Shown here in pieces: positions 10,867 to 20,726 of a DNA stretch of 64,000 nt; within the stretch, counting starts at the first letter, position 1; each line of letters begins with the position of its first letter. A program made the position numbers and the translations under genes. Under the pieces are notes generated by a model. That model was given only the letters and a program-made list of their open reading frames with translations. It was not told the DNA's origin and searched no databases. Source of the DNA: an uncultured Candidatus Rokubacteria bacterium (GTDB lineage: Bacteria > Methylomirabilota > Methylomirabilia > Rokubacteriales > CSP1-6); contig CAWBMV010000037.1 in the NCBI GenBank assembly GCA_963789955.1, positions 288,001 to 352,000 on the forward strand, in the 5' to 3' direction.

Positions 10867-11094
10867 ATGAACATCCAGATCAGATACTGCGGCGAGTGAA
10901 ACTACCTCCCTCAGGCCTCCAGTTTGCAGGCCGCCATCAAGACCAAGTACGGACTCACCGCGGTTCTCAAGGAAGGGCACAGCGGGATCTTCGAGGTATC
11001 GATCAACGACGACGTCGTCTACACGAACGAGACGACGTACCGGTTTCCGACCGACGAGGAAATTTTCGAGAAGATCGACGCCGCTAAGAAGTAG
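10867..11094 (+). CDS. Rdx-family (SelW/SelT/SelH-like) selenoprotein, 75 aa, UGA read as Sec
   Basis: GAGGAGG RBS. MNIQIRYCGE-UGA(10897-10899)-NYLPQASSL...GHSGIFEVSINDDVVY...RFPTDEEI: CxxU plus Rdx-like G-x-FEV and RFP motifs. Missing from the ORF track. Confidence 0.88.
10914..10932 (+). promoter_or_regulatory. Putative bacterial SECIS hairpin
   Basis: GGCCT-C-CA-GTT-TG-C-AGGCC stem-loop. Apical G at 10922 follows a 22-nt spacer after the UGA. Confidence 0.65.
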
Positions 11095-12352
11095 CACGCT
11101 GCAGTAGCTCCTCCCGAAACCGGGGATGGGCGACCGCGATCAGCGCCTCGGCCCGTCCCCGTTCCCCTTTTCCCCGCAGCGCCGCCGCGCCGTGCTCGGT
11201 CACGACCCAGTCCGCCAGCGCGCGGGGGCTCGTCACCGCCGCGCCCGCTTGCAGCGATGGGACGATCCGCGACACGGCGCCGTCGCGTCCCGTCGACGGC
11301 AGCGCGATGATCGCCGCGCCGCCGCGCGAGCGCGAGGCGCCGAGCACGAAATCGAATTGACCGCCGATGCCGGCCACCTGACGCGGCCCCAGGCTCTCGG
11401 CGGTCACCTGGCCGGTCAGGTCGATCTCGAGCGCGGAATTGATCGCGACGAAGCGATCGAGCTGCGCCACCGCGTGCGGATCGTGAACGAACCCGGAGGG
11501 CTCCATGTTCACGAGCGGGTTCTCGTGGATGAAGTCGAAGAGCCGGCGCGTCCCCATCGCCTCGCCGATGTCCATCCGCCCGCGGTGGACGCGCTTGAGC
11601 GCGCTGGTGACGACCCCGCGTTCCACGAGGGTGACGGCCGCGTCGACCAGCAGCGAGTGCAGCGAGAGATCGCGATGGCCGCCGAGCGCCTCGAGCACGG
11701 CCTGCGGGATCGCGCCGACGCCGACCTGCACCGTCGCGCCGTCCGGGACGAGCCCGGCGACGTGCCGGCCGATGGCGCGCTCGACGTCGCCGATCGGCGT
11801 CGGGGGATACGGCGTGAGCGGCTCGTCCACGTCGACCCAGCAGTCGATCTGGCTCCGGTGCAGACAGGCATTGCCGAGCGTGCGCGGCATGGATGGATTC
11901 ACCTGCGCGATCACGAGCGGGGCGCGGCGCGCGGCCGGGAGCGCGACGCTGACCGAGACGCCGAGGCTCAGATAGCCGCGCGCGTCGGGCGGCGCGCAGT
12001 GAACGAGGACGCAGTCGGGCGCCCAGGTCCCGCCGGCCGCGAATTGCGTGACGAGATCGAAGTAGCGAATCGGGACGAACTCGACACGCCCGCGACGCCG
12101 CGCGTCGTCGAGCCGGGGCGACATGTGCCACGTCGCGAACCGCAGCGCCGCGTGCTCCGGCCGCGCCCACGGGTAGTCGCCGAGATGGATGCCGCCCAGC
12201 AAGGTGAGGTCGCGCAGCCGCGACGACTGCCGGCAGATCTCGCCGACGAGCGCGGACGGCTCCCCGCACGCCGGCGGCAGCAGCACGTTCATCGCCGGCG
12301 CGAGCCGGGCCACAGCGTCAGCGAGCGAGCAGCGGGCGAACGCGCGCGGCAT
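11084..12352 (-). CDS. Acetyl-CoA hydrolase/transferase family (4-hydroxybutyrate CoA-transferase-like)
   Basis: VPDGATVQVGVGAIP, INSALEIDLTGQV, GIGGQFDF, VVTEHGAAALRG. Confidence 0.88.
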   Translation of the reverse strand: MPRAFARCSLADAVARLAPAMNVLLPPACGEPSALVGEICRQSSRLRDLTLLGGIHLGDYPWARPEHAALRFATWHMSPRLDDARRRGRVEFVPIRYFDLVTQFAAGGTWAPDCVLVHCAPPDARGYLSLGVSVSVALPAARRAPLVIAQVNPSMPRTLGNACLHRSQIDCWVDVDEPLTPYPPTPIGDVERAIGRHVAGLVPDGATVQVGVGAIPQAVLEALGGHRDLSLHSLLVDAAVTLVERGVVTSALKRVHRGRMDIGEAMGTRRLFDFIHENPLVNMEPSGFVHDPHAVAQLDRFVAINSALEIDLTGQVTAESLGPRQVAGIGGQFDFVLGASRSRGGAAIIALPSTGRDGAVSRIVPSLQAGAAVTSPRALADWVVTEHGAAALRGKGERGRAEALIAVAHPRFREELLQRATS

Positions 12353-12397
12353 GAATGGCGACGCTATATATACCTGATCCCGCGATAGAATGGCCGC

Positions 12398-12598
12398 ATG
12401 AATCCACGGCGCGCGCTCGCGCTCTTCCTGTTCCTCGTCGCGCTCGCCGCGTGCGCGACCCCGTCGTCGAGCAGCAGCAGCGGGAGCGCGTCGCGGAGCT
12501 CCGGCAGCCCGCGCGTCCGTTGTCTCTCGGATCCGAAGCGCGACGACGCGACGGGGACTCGCCCGCTCTTCTACTTCATGTGCGTGGAGAGTCCGTGA
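12398..12598 (+). CDS. Small lipoprotein, 66 aa
   Basis: LAAC lipobox, Ser-rich linker, two further Cys. Stop overlaps the next GTG (GTGA). Confidence 0.65.
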   Translation: MNPRRALALFLFLVALAACATPSSSSSSGSASRSSGSPRVRCLSDPKRDDATGTRPLFYFMCVESP

Positions 12599-13362
12599 CG
12601 GGCGCGCCCGCGCAACCGGTCGCCCTCGTCACCGGCGCCGGCCGCGGCATCGGTCGTGAGATCGCGCTGGCGCTGGCCCGGGAAGGCTGTCACGTGGCCG
12701 TCGCCGCGCGCTCGTCCGATCAGGTGGCCGCGACCGCCGCCGCGGTCGCGAACCTCGGCGTCCAGACGGTTCCGCTCGTGCTCGACGTGACGGACGAGGG
12801 CGCGGTCGCGCGCGGCGTCGCCTCGATCGCCGCGAGTCTCGGCCCCGTCGACGTCCTCGTCAACAACGCGGGCATCGCCGAGTCGGCGCCGTTCGCGAAG
12901 ACCGACGCCGCGCTGTGGGAGCGGCACCTGCGCGTCAACGCGACCGGCCCGTATCTGCTCGCCCGCGCCGTGCTGCCCGGGATGCTCGAGCGCCGCTGGG
13001 GGCGCGTGATCAACATCGCCTCGCTCGCCGGCCTCGTCGGCGCGCCGTACGTCACCGCGTATACCGCCTCGAAACACGCGCTGGTCGGCCTCACGCGCGC
13101 GCTCGCCGCCGAGGTGGCCGGCAAGGGCGTGACCGTGAACGCCATCTGCCCCGGCTTCGCGGCGACCGACATCGTCTGGAACGGCGCGCGCAACATCGCG
13201 GCACGGACCGGCAAGTCGTTCGAGGAGGCGGTGGAGGCGATGGCGCGCCTCAACCCGGGCGGTCGGCTCATCGAGCCCGCGGAGATCGCCGCGGTGGCGG
13301 CCAAGCTGCTCCGCGACGATTCGACCAACGGTGAAGCCATCGTGCTCGACGGAACTCGGTAG
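12595..13362 (+). CDS. SDR family oxidoreductase (3-hydroxyacyl-CoA/3-hydroxybutyrate dehydrogenase-like)
   Basis: TGAGRGIG, NNAG, YTASK, NAICPG. Confidence 0.9.
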   Translation: MTGAPAQPVALVTGAGRGIGREIALALAREGCHVAVAARSSDQVAATAAAVANLGVQTVPLVLDVTDEGAVARGVASIAASLGPVDVLVNNAGIAESAPFAKTDAALWERHLRVNATGPYLLARAVLPGMLERRWGRVINIASLAGLVGAPYVTAYTASKHALVGLTRALAAEVAGKGVTVNAICPGFAATDIVWNGARNIAARTGKSFEEAVEAMARLNPGGRLIEPAEIAAVAAKLLRDDSTNGEAIVLDGTR

Positions 13363-13383
13363 TCCGCGAACCAGGAGGCCAGC

Positions 13384-13800
13384 ATGACCAGACAGATCGA
13401 ATTTCTCAATCCGCCGGAGCTCATGAAGCCCGTGGGCTTCTCTCACGCCGCCGTGACGCGCGGTGGCCGTACGGTCTTCCTCGCCGGCCAGGTCGCCAAG
13501 GACCGGGACGGCCGCGTCGTCGGCAAGGGCGACATCGTCGCCCAGTTCCGTCAGGTGTGCGAGAACTTGAAGACGCTCGTCGCCGCCGCGGGAGGCCAGC
13601 TCACCGACGTCGTCAAGCTGACGATGTACGTCCTCGACACGCCTGAGTTCAAGCGTCAGGGCAAGCCGATCGGCGTCGTCTACCGGGAGTACTTCGGCAA
13701 GCACTACCCGGCGATGACCCTCGTCGGCGCCCGCGATCTCTACGACGCGTCCGAGGGGTGCATGATCGAGATCGAAGGCTTCGCCTGCCTGGCCGAGTGA
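13384..13800 (+). CDS. RidA/YjgF/UK114 family protein
   Basis: GFSHA, FLAGQV, FGKHYPAMTLVG, IEIEG. AGGAGG RBS. Confidence 0.88.
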   Translation: MTRQIEFLNPPELMKPVGFSHAAVTRGGRTVFLAGQVAKDRDGRVVGKGDIVAQFRQVCENLKTLVAAAGGQLTDVVKLTMYVLDTPEFKRQGKPIGVVYREYFGKHYPAMTLVGARDLYDASEGCMIEIEGFACLAE

Positions 13801-14258
13801 GACGGAGCGCCGACCGCCACCTGGCGGTCAGCACCTGGCTCCGGCTGCTCCACGGCTACGCGCTGATCGAGCGCGAGCTGCGCCGCGCCGTCGCCGAGCA
13901 CTGCACCTTTCCGCAGTTCGACGTCCTGAACCAGCTCGAGCGCGAGCGCGACGGGCTCACGTTCGTCGAGCTCTCGCGCCGCCTGCTGGTGACCGCGGGC
14001 AACCTGACCGGGATCGTCGACCGCCTCCACGCCGAGGGTCTCGTCCGTCGGGCCGTCCACCCGGCCGACCGCCGCGCCTTTCGTCTCACCTTGACGCCGA
14101 AGGGCCGCCGGCTGGTGCGCCGGGCCCAGGGCCGCCATCACCGCGCCTTGACCGCGCTCCTCGCCGGAGTGCCGGACCGCGATCTGCGAGTGCTCCGCCG
14201 GCTGCTCGACCGCCTCCGCGCGAGCGCGTCGTCGCGGGCGGCCGCCAGGTCGAAATAG
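13797..14258 (+). CDS. MarR family transcriptional regulator
   Basis: PQFDVLNQL, GNLTGIVDRL, DRRAFRLTLTPKG. GTGA overlap start inferred. Confidence 0.88.
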   Translation: MRRSADRHLAVSTWLRLLHGYALIERELRRAVAEHCTFPQFDVLNQLERERDGLTFVELSRRLLVTAGNLTGIVDRLHAEGLVRRAVHPADRRAFRLTLTPKGRRLVRRAQGRHHRALTALLAGVPDRDLRVLRRLLDRLRASASSRAAARSK

Positions 14259-14265
14259 GATATAT

Positions 14266-15789
14266 TTGGATAGTCGAGGTTTAAACAAGCTGGATCTCCC
14301 GACGCATCGCGTTCGTCATGCGCTCCCGGCGTCGCGCTGGCCGACCCGCGCGGAGGCCGAGCGCGCTCGCTGGTTCTCGCCCATCCAGCTCGGACGGACC
14401 GTCGTGGCCGCCGAGCGAACCTGGGTACCGGCGATGGTGCCGTGGCGCGCCACCGAGGACGGCTTCGTGACGCCGGAAGTCCTCGAGTGGTACGCGCGAT
14501 TCGCCGAGGGCCAGCCCGGCGTGCTGGTGGTGGAAGCGACCGGCATCCGCGACGTCGCCAGCGGCCCCCTGCTCCGCATCGGCGACGACCGCTTCGTTCC
14601 CGGGCTCCGCACGCTCGTCGAGACGGTGCGCGAGCGAAGCCGGGGCCGGACCCGGCTCTTCATCCAGCTCCTCGACTTCGTCGCGGTCCGCCGCCGCCCC
14701 GAGCCCCGGCGCTTCTTCGGTCGCTACCTCGAGATCACCGACTCGCTGCGCGCCCAGATCGCGCTCTGGCTCGACGATCCGCGGTGGCGCGAGGCCGAGG
14801 ACGACGAGGTGCGCGACTACCTCTTGACCGCGGACCGCGCGACCCTCGAGACCGTCCTGACCGACCGGGAGCTCGAGGCGCTCGATTACGGCTACCGCGA
14901 GCGCATCTGGGACATGCACCTGCCCCACATCAAGGAGCTCCCCCGCGTGCTGCCGCCGCTGTTCGCCGACGCCGCGCAGCGCGCGCGCGAGGCGGGCTTC
15001 GACGGCGTCGAGCTGCACTACGCCCACGCGTACACGATGGCGTCGTTTCTCTCGCGCCTGAACTCACGGCCGGACGGCTACGGCGGCGCGAGGGAGCACC
15101 GCGTGCGGCTACCGCTCGAGGTGCTGGCGGCCGTCCGGAGCCGAGTCGGGGACGACTACGTCGTCGGCATCCGCTATCTCGGCGACGAGGTCGTCGCGGG
15201 CGGCAGCGATCTCGATGACGCGATCTGGTTCGGCGTGTGCTTCGCGGAGGCCGGCGTGGACTACCTGTCCGTCTCCAAGGGCGGGCGGTTCGAGGACGCC
15301 AAGCAGCCGAAGGTCGGCGAGGCCGTCTATCCCTACACCGGCGCGTCCGGCTACGAGTGCATGCCGACGGTGCTATCCGACGAGCGCGGCCCGTTCGGCC
15401 GCAACGTGCCGCTGGCGTCGGCGATCCGCCGGGCGATCCACGAGGCCGGCTGCTCCACCCCGGTCGTCACGAGTGGCGGCATCACGACGTTCGAGCAGGC
15501 CGAGAGCATTCTGGCGCGCGGCGAGGCGGACTGCGTCGCGGCCGCGCGCCAGACGCTCGCCGATCCCGACTGGTTCAGGAAGATCCGCCTCGGCCACGGT
15601 GGGCTCGTGCGTCGCTGCGAGTTCACGAACTATTGCGAGGGGCTCGACCAGCGCCACAAGCAGGTCACGTGCAAGCTCTGGGATCGCCAGTTCGATCCGG
15701 CCGACCGCGCGGTCACGCTCGCGAGCGACGGCAAGCGCCGGCTCAGCGCGCCGGCCTGGTCGCCGCCCGGCGACGCGCCGACCGGCTGA
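14266..15789 (+). CDS. NADH:flavin oxidoreductase (Old Yellow Enzyme family) with C-terminal Cys motif
   Basis: AGFDGVELHYAHAY, DGYGG, ARQTLADPDW, RCEFTNYC...VTC. Start uncertain. Confidence 0.85.
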   Translation: MDSRGLNKLDLPTHRVRHALPASRWPTRAEAERARWFSPIQLGRTVVAAERTWVPAMVPWRATEDGFVTPEVLEWYARFAEGQPGVLVVEATGIRDVASGPLLRIGDDRFVPGLRTLVETVRERSRGRTRLFIQLLDFVAVRRRPEPRRFFGRYLEITDSLRAQIALWLDDPRWREAEDDEVRDYLLTADRATLETVLTDRELEALDYGYRERIWDMHLPHIKELPRVLPPLFADAAQRAREAGFDGVELHYAHAYTMASFLSRLNSRPDGYGGAREHRVRLPLEVLAAVRSRVGDDYVVGIRYLGDEVVAGGSDLDDAIWFGVCFAEAGVDYLSVSKGGRFEDAKQPKVGEAVYPYTGASGYECMPTVLSDERGPFGRNVPLASAIRRAIHEAGCSTPVVTSGGITTFEQAESILARGEADCVAAARQTLADPDWFRKIRLGHGGLVRRCEFTNYCEGLDQRHKQVTCKLWDRQFDPADRAVTLASDGKRRLSAPAWSPPGDAPTG

Positions 15790-15966
15790 GCGGCGCGCCG
15801 ACGCCTTCAGGGGACGACTCCTTCAGAGGCTGGCGCGCCGGACGGGGCCGTGGAGACCCGGCCCGGGCCTGCGTCAGGAAAGCTTCAACGCCCAGACCTC
15901 GGTAGGCTCGAGGCAGGATCGCGCGCGCGACATCACGACAAGCGAGGGTGTCTCGCGGATCGACGC

Positions 15967-16094
15967 TCAGCGACGCGACGCCCGGCGCGCCAGTCTGCTC
16001 AGCGGCGCGCCGGTCAGTCGGGTCAGGATCCACTGCCGCCGCAGCTTCGCGCCGAGCTTCCGATAGAACCGGATCGGCGGCGTGTTCCAGTCGA
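15967..16094 (-). pseudogene. Detached 3' end of a GNAT acetyltransferase
   Basis: DWNTPPIRFYRKLGAKLRRQWILTRLTGAPLSRLA aligns with the C-terminus of the GNAT at 22236-22739. Confidence 0.75.
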
Positions 16095-16233
16095 ACCCCA
16101 TCTCGGCCCCGCGGTCCAGCTCGGCGTCCGGCATGTCGTCCAGCGTGGCCGACCGGCCCAGCGTTGGGGACCGCTCCGTCAGCCACACGCGCGTATTGAT
16201 CTGATACAGGGATGGATGGAGGGGGTTGCGCAT
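16084..16233 (-). pseudogene. N-terminal fragment of an alpha-amylase (GH13)-like gene
   Basis: PSLYQINTRVWL...ATLDDMPDAELD...MGFDW resembles a GH13-family N-terminus. The rest of the gene is absent. Confidence 0.55.
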
Positions 16234-16489
16234 GTCAGTGTCTCCAGTCACACCTGCGCTTGCCGGCACGCGAGGCGATTCGAGAGCGGCGAGTAGGGCG
16301 CCACGATCAGCACGGGTCCCACCACCAGCGCCGCGCCGGGATACGAGACACCAAGGATGACCACTGAAACAGGAGGATAACCATCAGCAGGAGATTCACG
16401 ACTCTGCCAGATCCCGCGCGTGGCGGCACGGGGTCCGATCTACCGTTGAGCGTAGGATCGGCGGAAGGTTGTCCCACGGACCGCCGGCG

Positions 16490-17065
16490 TCAACCGAGTA
16501 GCCCCCTCTTCAGATCCTCGGAGGGCGGCTTGGGCCCCAGCCAGATCGAGAAGACTGCGTCCGCGAAGCCCTTTCCCTCGAAGACGCCCAGATCCTTGCT
16601 CCCGGCCGAGAGCGTCGTGCCTTTCCCCGGCAGGTAGGCTAACGTCATCGTGGTGCCTTCCTTCACGTCGGGAACGAGGGCGAGCATCTTGTCGAACGCG
16701 GCCTTCTGGGCGGCCTTGTCCTGCGCGTTCGCCTCGAACCCTTCCTGGAAGGCCTCGACGAGCTGCGCCTTCGTCAGGTCGCGCAGGAAATGCAAGCGGA
16801 TAGCCTTCGCGTGATCGGATGCGAGGATCGCGTTCGCGTCCTTGGAAGGGGATTCGAGGTAGAGCCCGCCCACGTAGACCTTGAACATAGCCTTTTTTCT
16901 GAGCCCCAGCCCGTTCAGCTTCAACGTCTTCTCGCCGGCCTTGAGCGTGTCGGGCATCGTGATGCCCGACAGCTCGCCGGCCAGGGCGGCCGTGCCGAGC
17001 GGCGAAACCGCCGACACGAACAGTAACGAAGCGAGACTGAATATCCCCACGACGGTGCTTCTCAT
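16490..17065 (-). CDS. Chalcone isomerase-like family protein, secreted
   Basis: LKLNGLGLRKKAMFKVYVGGLYL, FSIWLGPKPPSEDLKRGLLG. Signal peptide; GGAGG RBS. Confidence 0.85.
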   Translation of the reverse strand: MRSTVVGIFSLASLLFVSAVSPLGTAALAGELSGITMPDTLKAGEKTLKLNGLGLRKKAMFKVYVGGLYLESPSKDANAILASDHAKAIRLHFLRDLTKAQLVEAFQEGFEANAQDKAAQKAAFDKMLALVPDVKEGTTMTLAYLPGKGTTLSAGSKDLGVFEGKGFADAVFSIWLGPKPPSEDLKRGLLG

Positions 17066-17123
17066 GTGCTGGTGTCCTCCCGGATTGGCATGACGACCGC
17101 GACGAATCGTGTCGCCTGGTTGT

Positions 17124-17153
17124 GTTTCTCGGCAATGCCTTCGGCTGTCATCG
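17124..17153. repeat. 30-bp direct repeat, copy 1
   Basis: GTTTCTCGGCAATGCCTTCGGCTGTCATCG; 28/30 identical to 17768-17797. Confidence 0.85.
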
Positions 17154-17212
17154 GCGCTTGAGACGCGGTCGTCGGATCTTGCCGTGCCTCCGCTCATCGA
17201 GCGCTGCGGTCC

Positions 17213-17647
17213 TCAGCTTCCCTTGAGCCACGTCTGTGTCTGGTATATGGGGCCGAGGTACCCTCGAACCTTGAGCTTCCCGTCCTCGACCCACACCTCC
17301 GCCTTGTAGATCTTGCCGTCCTCAGGATCCAGGATGGTCCCGCCCTTGTAGCGATCCCCACTCGGGCTGAGGTCCTTGACGATCACGAGTCCGACGATGG
17401 GCTTGTCCTTGTCGCCGCCCGTACACTTGCTGCACGTCTTCGGCTTGCCCTTGTCGTCGTTGGCCTCGGTGAGGCCGACGATCTTGCCGAAGAGCTTGCC
17501 GCCCTCCTCGTAGAGCTGCACCTCGGACTTGACCTTGCCGCTCTTGTCGTCGACCGTGTTCCACTTGCCGACCGGCGAATCAGCCGCGACCGACAGGTTT
17601 GCTCCAAGCACAACTGCCAACACGAGGAATGCGGGAAGCCATCTCAT
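17213..17647 (-). CDS. DUF2147 family secreted protein
   Basis: SPVGKWNTVDD, CSKC, GTILDPEDGKIYKA, LKVRGYLG...TQTW. Confidence 0.88.
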   Translation of the reverse strand: MRWLPAFLVLAVVLGANLSVAADSPVGKWNTVDDKSGKVKSEVQLYEEGGKLFGKIVGLTEANDDKGKPKTCSKCTGGDKDKPIVGLVIVKDLSPSGDRYKGGTILDPEDGKIYKAEVWVEDGKLKVRGYLGPIYQTQTWLKGS

Positions 17648-17767
17648 ATGCGTCCTCAGTTGCCGTCAGGCTGCTGACGGGTGAATGGCGACGTTACCTG
17701 CTGGTCGCCAGGTCATTGACCACCACGACTGGTCTACTGCCGCGCCATTGTTCGCGATCACGGCGGC

Positions 17768-17797
17768 GTTTCTCGGCAGCGCCTTCGGCTGTCATCG
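17768..17797. repeat. 30-bp direct repeat, copy 2
   Basis: GTTTCTCGGCAGCGCCTTCGGCTGTCATCG; contains the stop codon of the upstream hydrolase. Confidence 0.85.
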
Positions 17798-19686
17798 AGG
17801 CTCGAGCGGCACGAGCGGCACCGTGCCCGTCGTCAGACCCATGTGGAGCCGGAGAATCCGGCGCACCTCCTCAATGGTGTGGGGATTGCCCTGCGTGGAA
17901 TGGCTCGACGGCCGAACGACGAGCTCGGACTCGACCGGCTCGATGTGGGCGCTCGAGTACTCCACCACGCCGTCGTTGCCCTGCTCGACCGGCCCGTCCG
18001 TCTCGACGGCGATGATGGAATTGACCGTAATAGACGATGCGACGGGAATCGTCTGGAGGGTCCGAATGAAGTGGTGACGCGGCGACATGTTGTCGACTGC
18101 CGACGGGACGACCAGGCTCACCCCGCTCTGCAGAGCGTCACGGTTTTGGATGATTTCCTTGTCCACTCCGGCGAGGTTGGTGGGCAGAGCGATGAGCGCC
18201 CGGACGAGGTTTCTGATGATGTTGCGCGCGGCCACGAAGCTGCCACGGTGCGGCGTGCAGATGAACACCACGCGAGAGACTTCGGGCAGCGGCTCGACGA
18301 ACATCGCACGCCGGAGCAGATCGCGAGTCTTGTCGGACAGCTGCAGCTCATCGAGCGGCTTCTTGCTGACCGAGTCCCAGAACCGATCGCCGCTGTTGAT
18401 GACCTGCATCTTGACCAGCAGGCCCCCCTGGCTGTGCCCGATCAGGACCATCCGGCGCAGGGCCGGATCTTTGCCCTGGGGTCGAGCCGGGCCACGGCTG
18501 CGACCAGCGCATCGCGCAGGCCGAGAGAGGACAGCACGATGGGGTTGCCGGAGTCGTACTGGAAGAACCAGAACTGGAAGTGACTCCGGATCTCGGGGTC
18601 GGCGAGCAGCCGATTGTACATCTCCGCCCAGCGAACCACGCTCGACTCGGTGCCGTGCACGAAGACCACGGGGATGAGCCCGGGCTTGTACGGCGTGCTG
18701 GAGACGAGCGGGGGCCGGTCCGCAAAGAGCCCGGGAAGTCGGCCGAGAAACCCGAACATCTCGAGCTGCATGATCGGCAGGCCGGTGAACGACAGCGCCA
18801 TCGCCGCCGTCGGCTCGAGCTCGAGCGGTACCCGCTCGCCGGCGATCGAGACCGATTCCGCGTCCCACGCCAGGTGGAGCTCCAGCCGGCTCGTGAGGGG
18901 CTCGCCTTGCACGAGGGCGCGCCGGGCCTCGGGGATCCGCAGCAGGGCGGTCACCGCCACTTTCAGCCGCGGTGCCACCATATCGCCCCCGGGCTTCGAG
19001 GCATCGATGGGCCGGATGGAGGCGGCGAGCGGGGCACCGAGGCCCGGCCAGCGATACCGCATCGCCAGGCCATGCACCTCCAGCTCCCCGATCGGGATGA
19101 ACCCGAACATCTCACGGTCCCCGGCGCGTAGAGCGGCGGGATCGAACGCCACGTCGAGCCGCCCGAAGGGCAGCTCGAACGAGCCGCCCTGCGGGACGAC
19201 CTCCACCCCGTCGGCCGAGCGGAAGCTCAGAATGAGCGCCCAGTTGTATAGATCCGCCGCGGTCCGTAGCCGGGGGTCGAACCGGCCCGGGCCGGCATCC
19301 CCGGTCGTCTCGGGGAAGAGGAAAGCGTAGGCGTAGACCGCTGCCGCCAGGTAGTAGTCCTTGTTCTTGGTCGCCTGACCGTGCAAGAAAGACAGCTCGG
19401 CCAGGGCGAAGAGCATGTCCTGGTCCCCCTGCGCCGCGACCATTGCCCGGTGCAGCTCGGCAATGGCGGCCGCGGGACGCTCGCCGAAGGCTTCGAAGAG
19501 ACCGCGCTCGTAGAGCACGTTGCGCGTCGGCAGGCTCGGCTCGCCCGACGTGATGGCGCTCTGGTCGAGCTCGCGCAGGACGACCTTGGGGTCGACCCGG
19601 GTCGTGCCGACCGGCCCCGCGCAGGCTGCCAGCGCGAGGCACAAGGCGCCGAGAAGCGCGAGCCGCCGGCGAGGCATCGGGCTCAT
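17792..19686 (-). CDS. Alpha/beta-hydrolase (esterase/lipase-like) lipoprotein, frameshift near 18470
   Basis: LAAC lipobox, PVVFVHG, GHSQGG nucleophile motif, TPHRGS, DGVVEYSSAH, split between ORFs 18442 and 17792. Confidence 0.8.
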
Positions 19687-20569
19687 CGGGTCGCCCCTGC
19701 ACTGCCTGGGTCGCGGGACATCCGCGGCAGTCCTTCCCTGATCCGGACCGAGAATCGAGGGTCGTCGTTGGCGGCCTTGGCGCGCTCGTTGATGTAGCTC
19801 TTCGCTTTGAGGACAGCGAATGGCAGGGAGCGATCGATGGCCCCGACGTCGTATGCCAGCTCGTCGAGGTAGCCGTTCAGGAAGAGCTTCCAGCTCCACC
19901 ACGATCGGCGCGCGTCCGACCTGGCGAGGCGCTGGATCGCCGTCGTGCAGTTGTCCGTCAAGGCGTTATACCAGCGGGGCCGCGTGCGCAGCTCGTTGAT
20001 CTGCTCGAGGTAGCGGAGTAGCAGCGTGCGAGCGAGCGCGGGCGGCGCGTCGAGCCGGTAGACGTGGACGTCCTCGCCACGGAAATTCGTGCGGAGGCGC
20101 ACGAGCGGAGCTTCGAAAGATCGAGCGCACGGTTCTCGAGGCGCACGGTGTAGTCGGTCTCGGTCCGATACTCGGCGTTGCGGACGTTGTGCACGATCGC
20201 CCGGTCTCCGTGAATGTCGGCAAAGGCCAGGGTCGCCACGTCAGGCTGCCAGTCCCGCTCGTTCGACGGCGGGATGGCGAGCCACGCGCCGAGAACCACG
20301 ACGAACGCCCCGAAGATCCCGGCGAGCGCCCACCGGCGCGGGCGCACGAACCACAGAGCGCCCGCCGCAGCCACGGGGGCGAGCAAGGCAAACCATGCGC
20401 GAAGCCGCGGCGGTCCGAGAAGCGAGAAGTCAAAGTAGATGGCCAGCGCCATCCATCCGATCAAGGCGCTGCACCCGAGCCCCAGCACGGCGAGCCCGAG
20501 CCACGCTGTGAAGCGCGAGTAGTGAACTCGGCCCTTGGTGTCCGATGCTTGGAACAACTCCGGCATCAT
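19683..20569 (-). pseudogene. DUF4105/Lnb-N-like membrane protein with frameshift and probable internal deletion
   Basis: PPSNERDWQPDV, NVRNAEYRTETDY, then jumps to RLRTNFRGEDV...WYNALTDNCTT. The central segment appears missing. Confidence 0.65.
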
Positions 20570-20726
20570 GCCTACCTAGTGTTGTTCTTTCTCGAGGGCG
20601 ACGTCTATGGGACCTTGGTCGTCGCCGGCGTATCCTCCTCTTGCCTGCCCGCGAAGCGTCAAAGGAAGAGGTGATGCAAGGTGTCGATAGGCAGCGCTCG
20701 TAGAGACACTGACGAAGACGGCCCGG

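Noticed and set aside
10798..11097. 99-aa minus-strand ORF and 63-aa ORF 10896-11087
   Set aside because: Both are shadows of the selenoprotein, which has the RBS, family motifs and SECIS-like stem.
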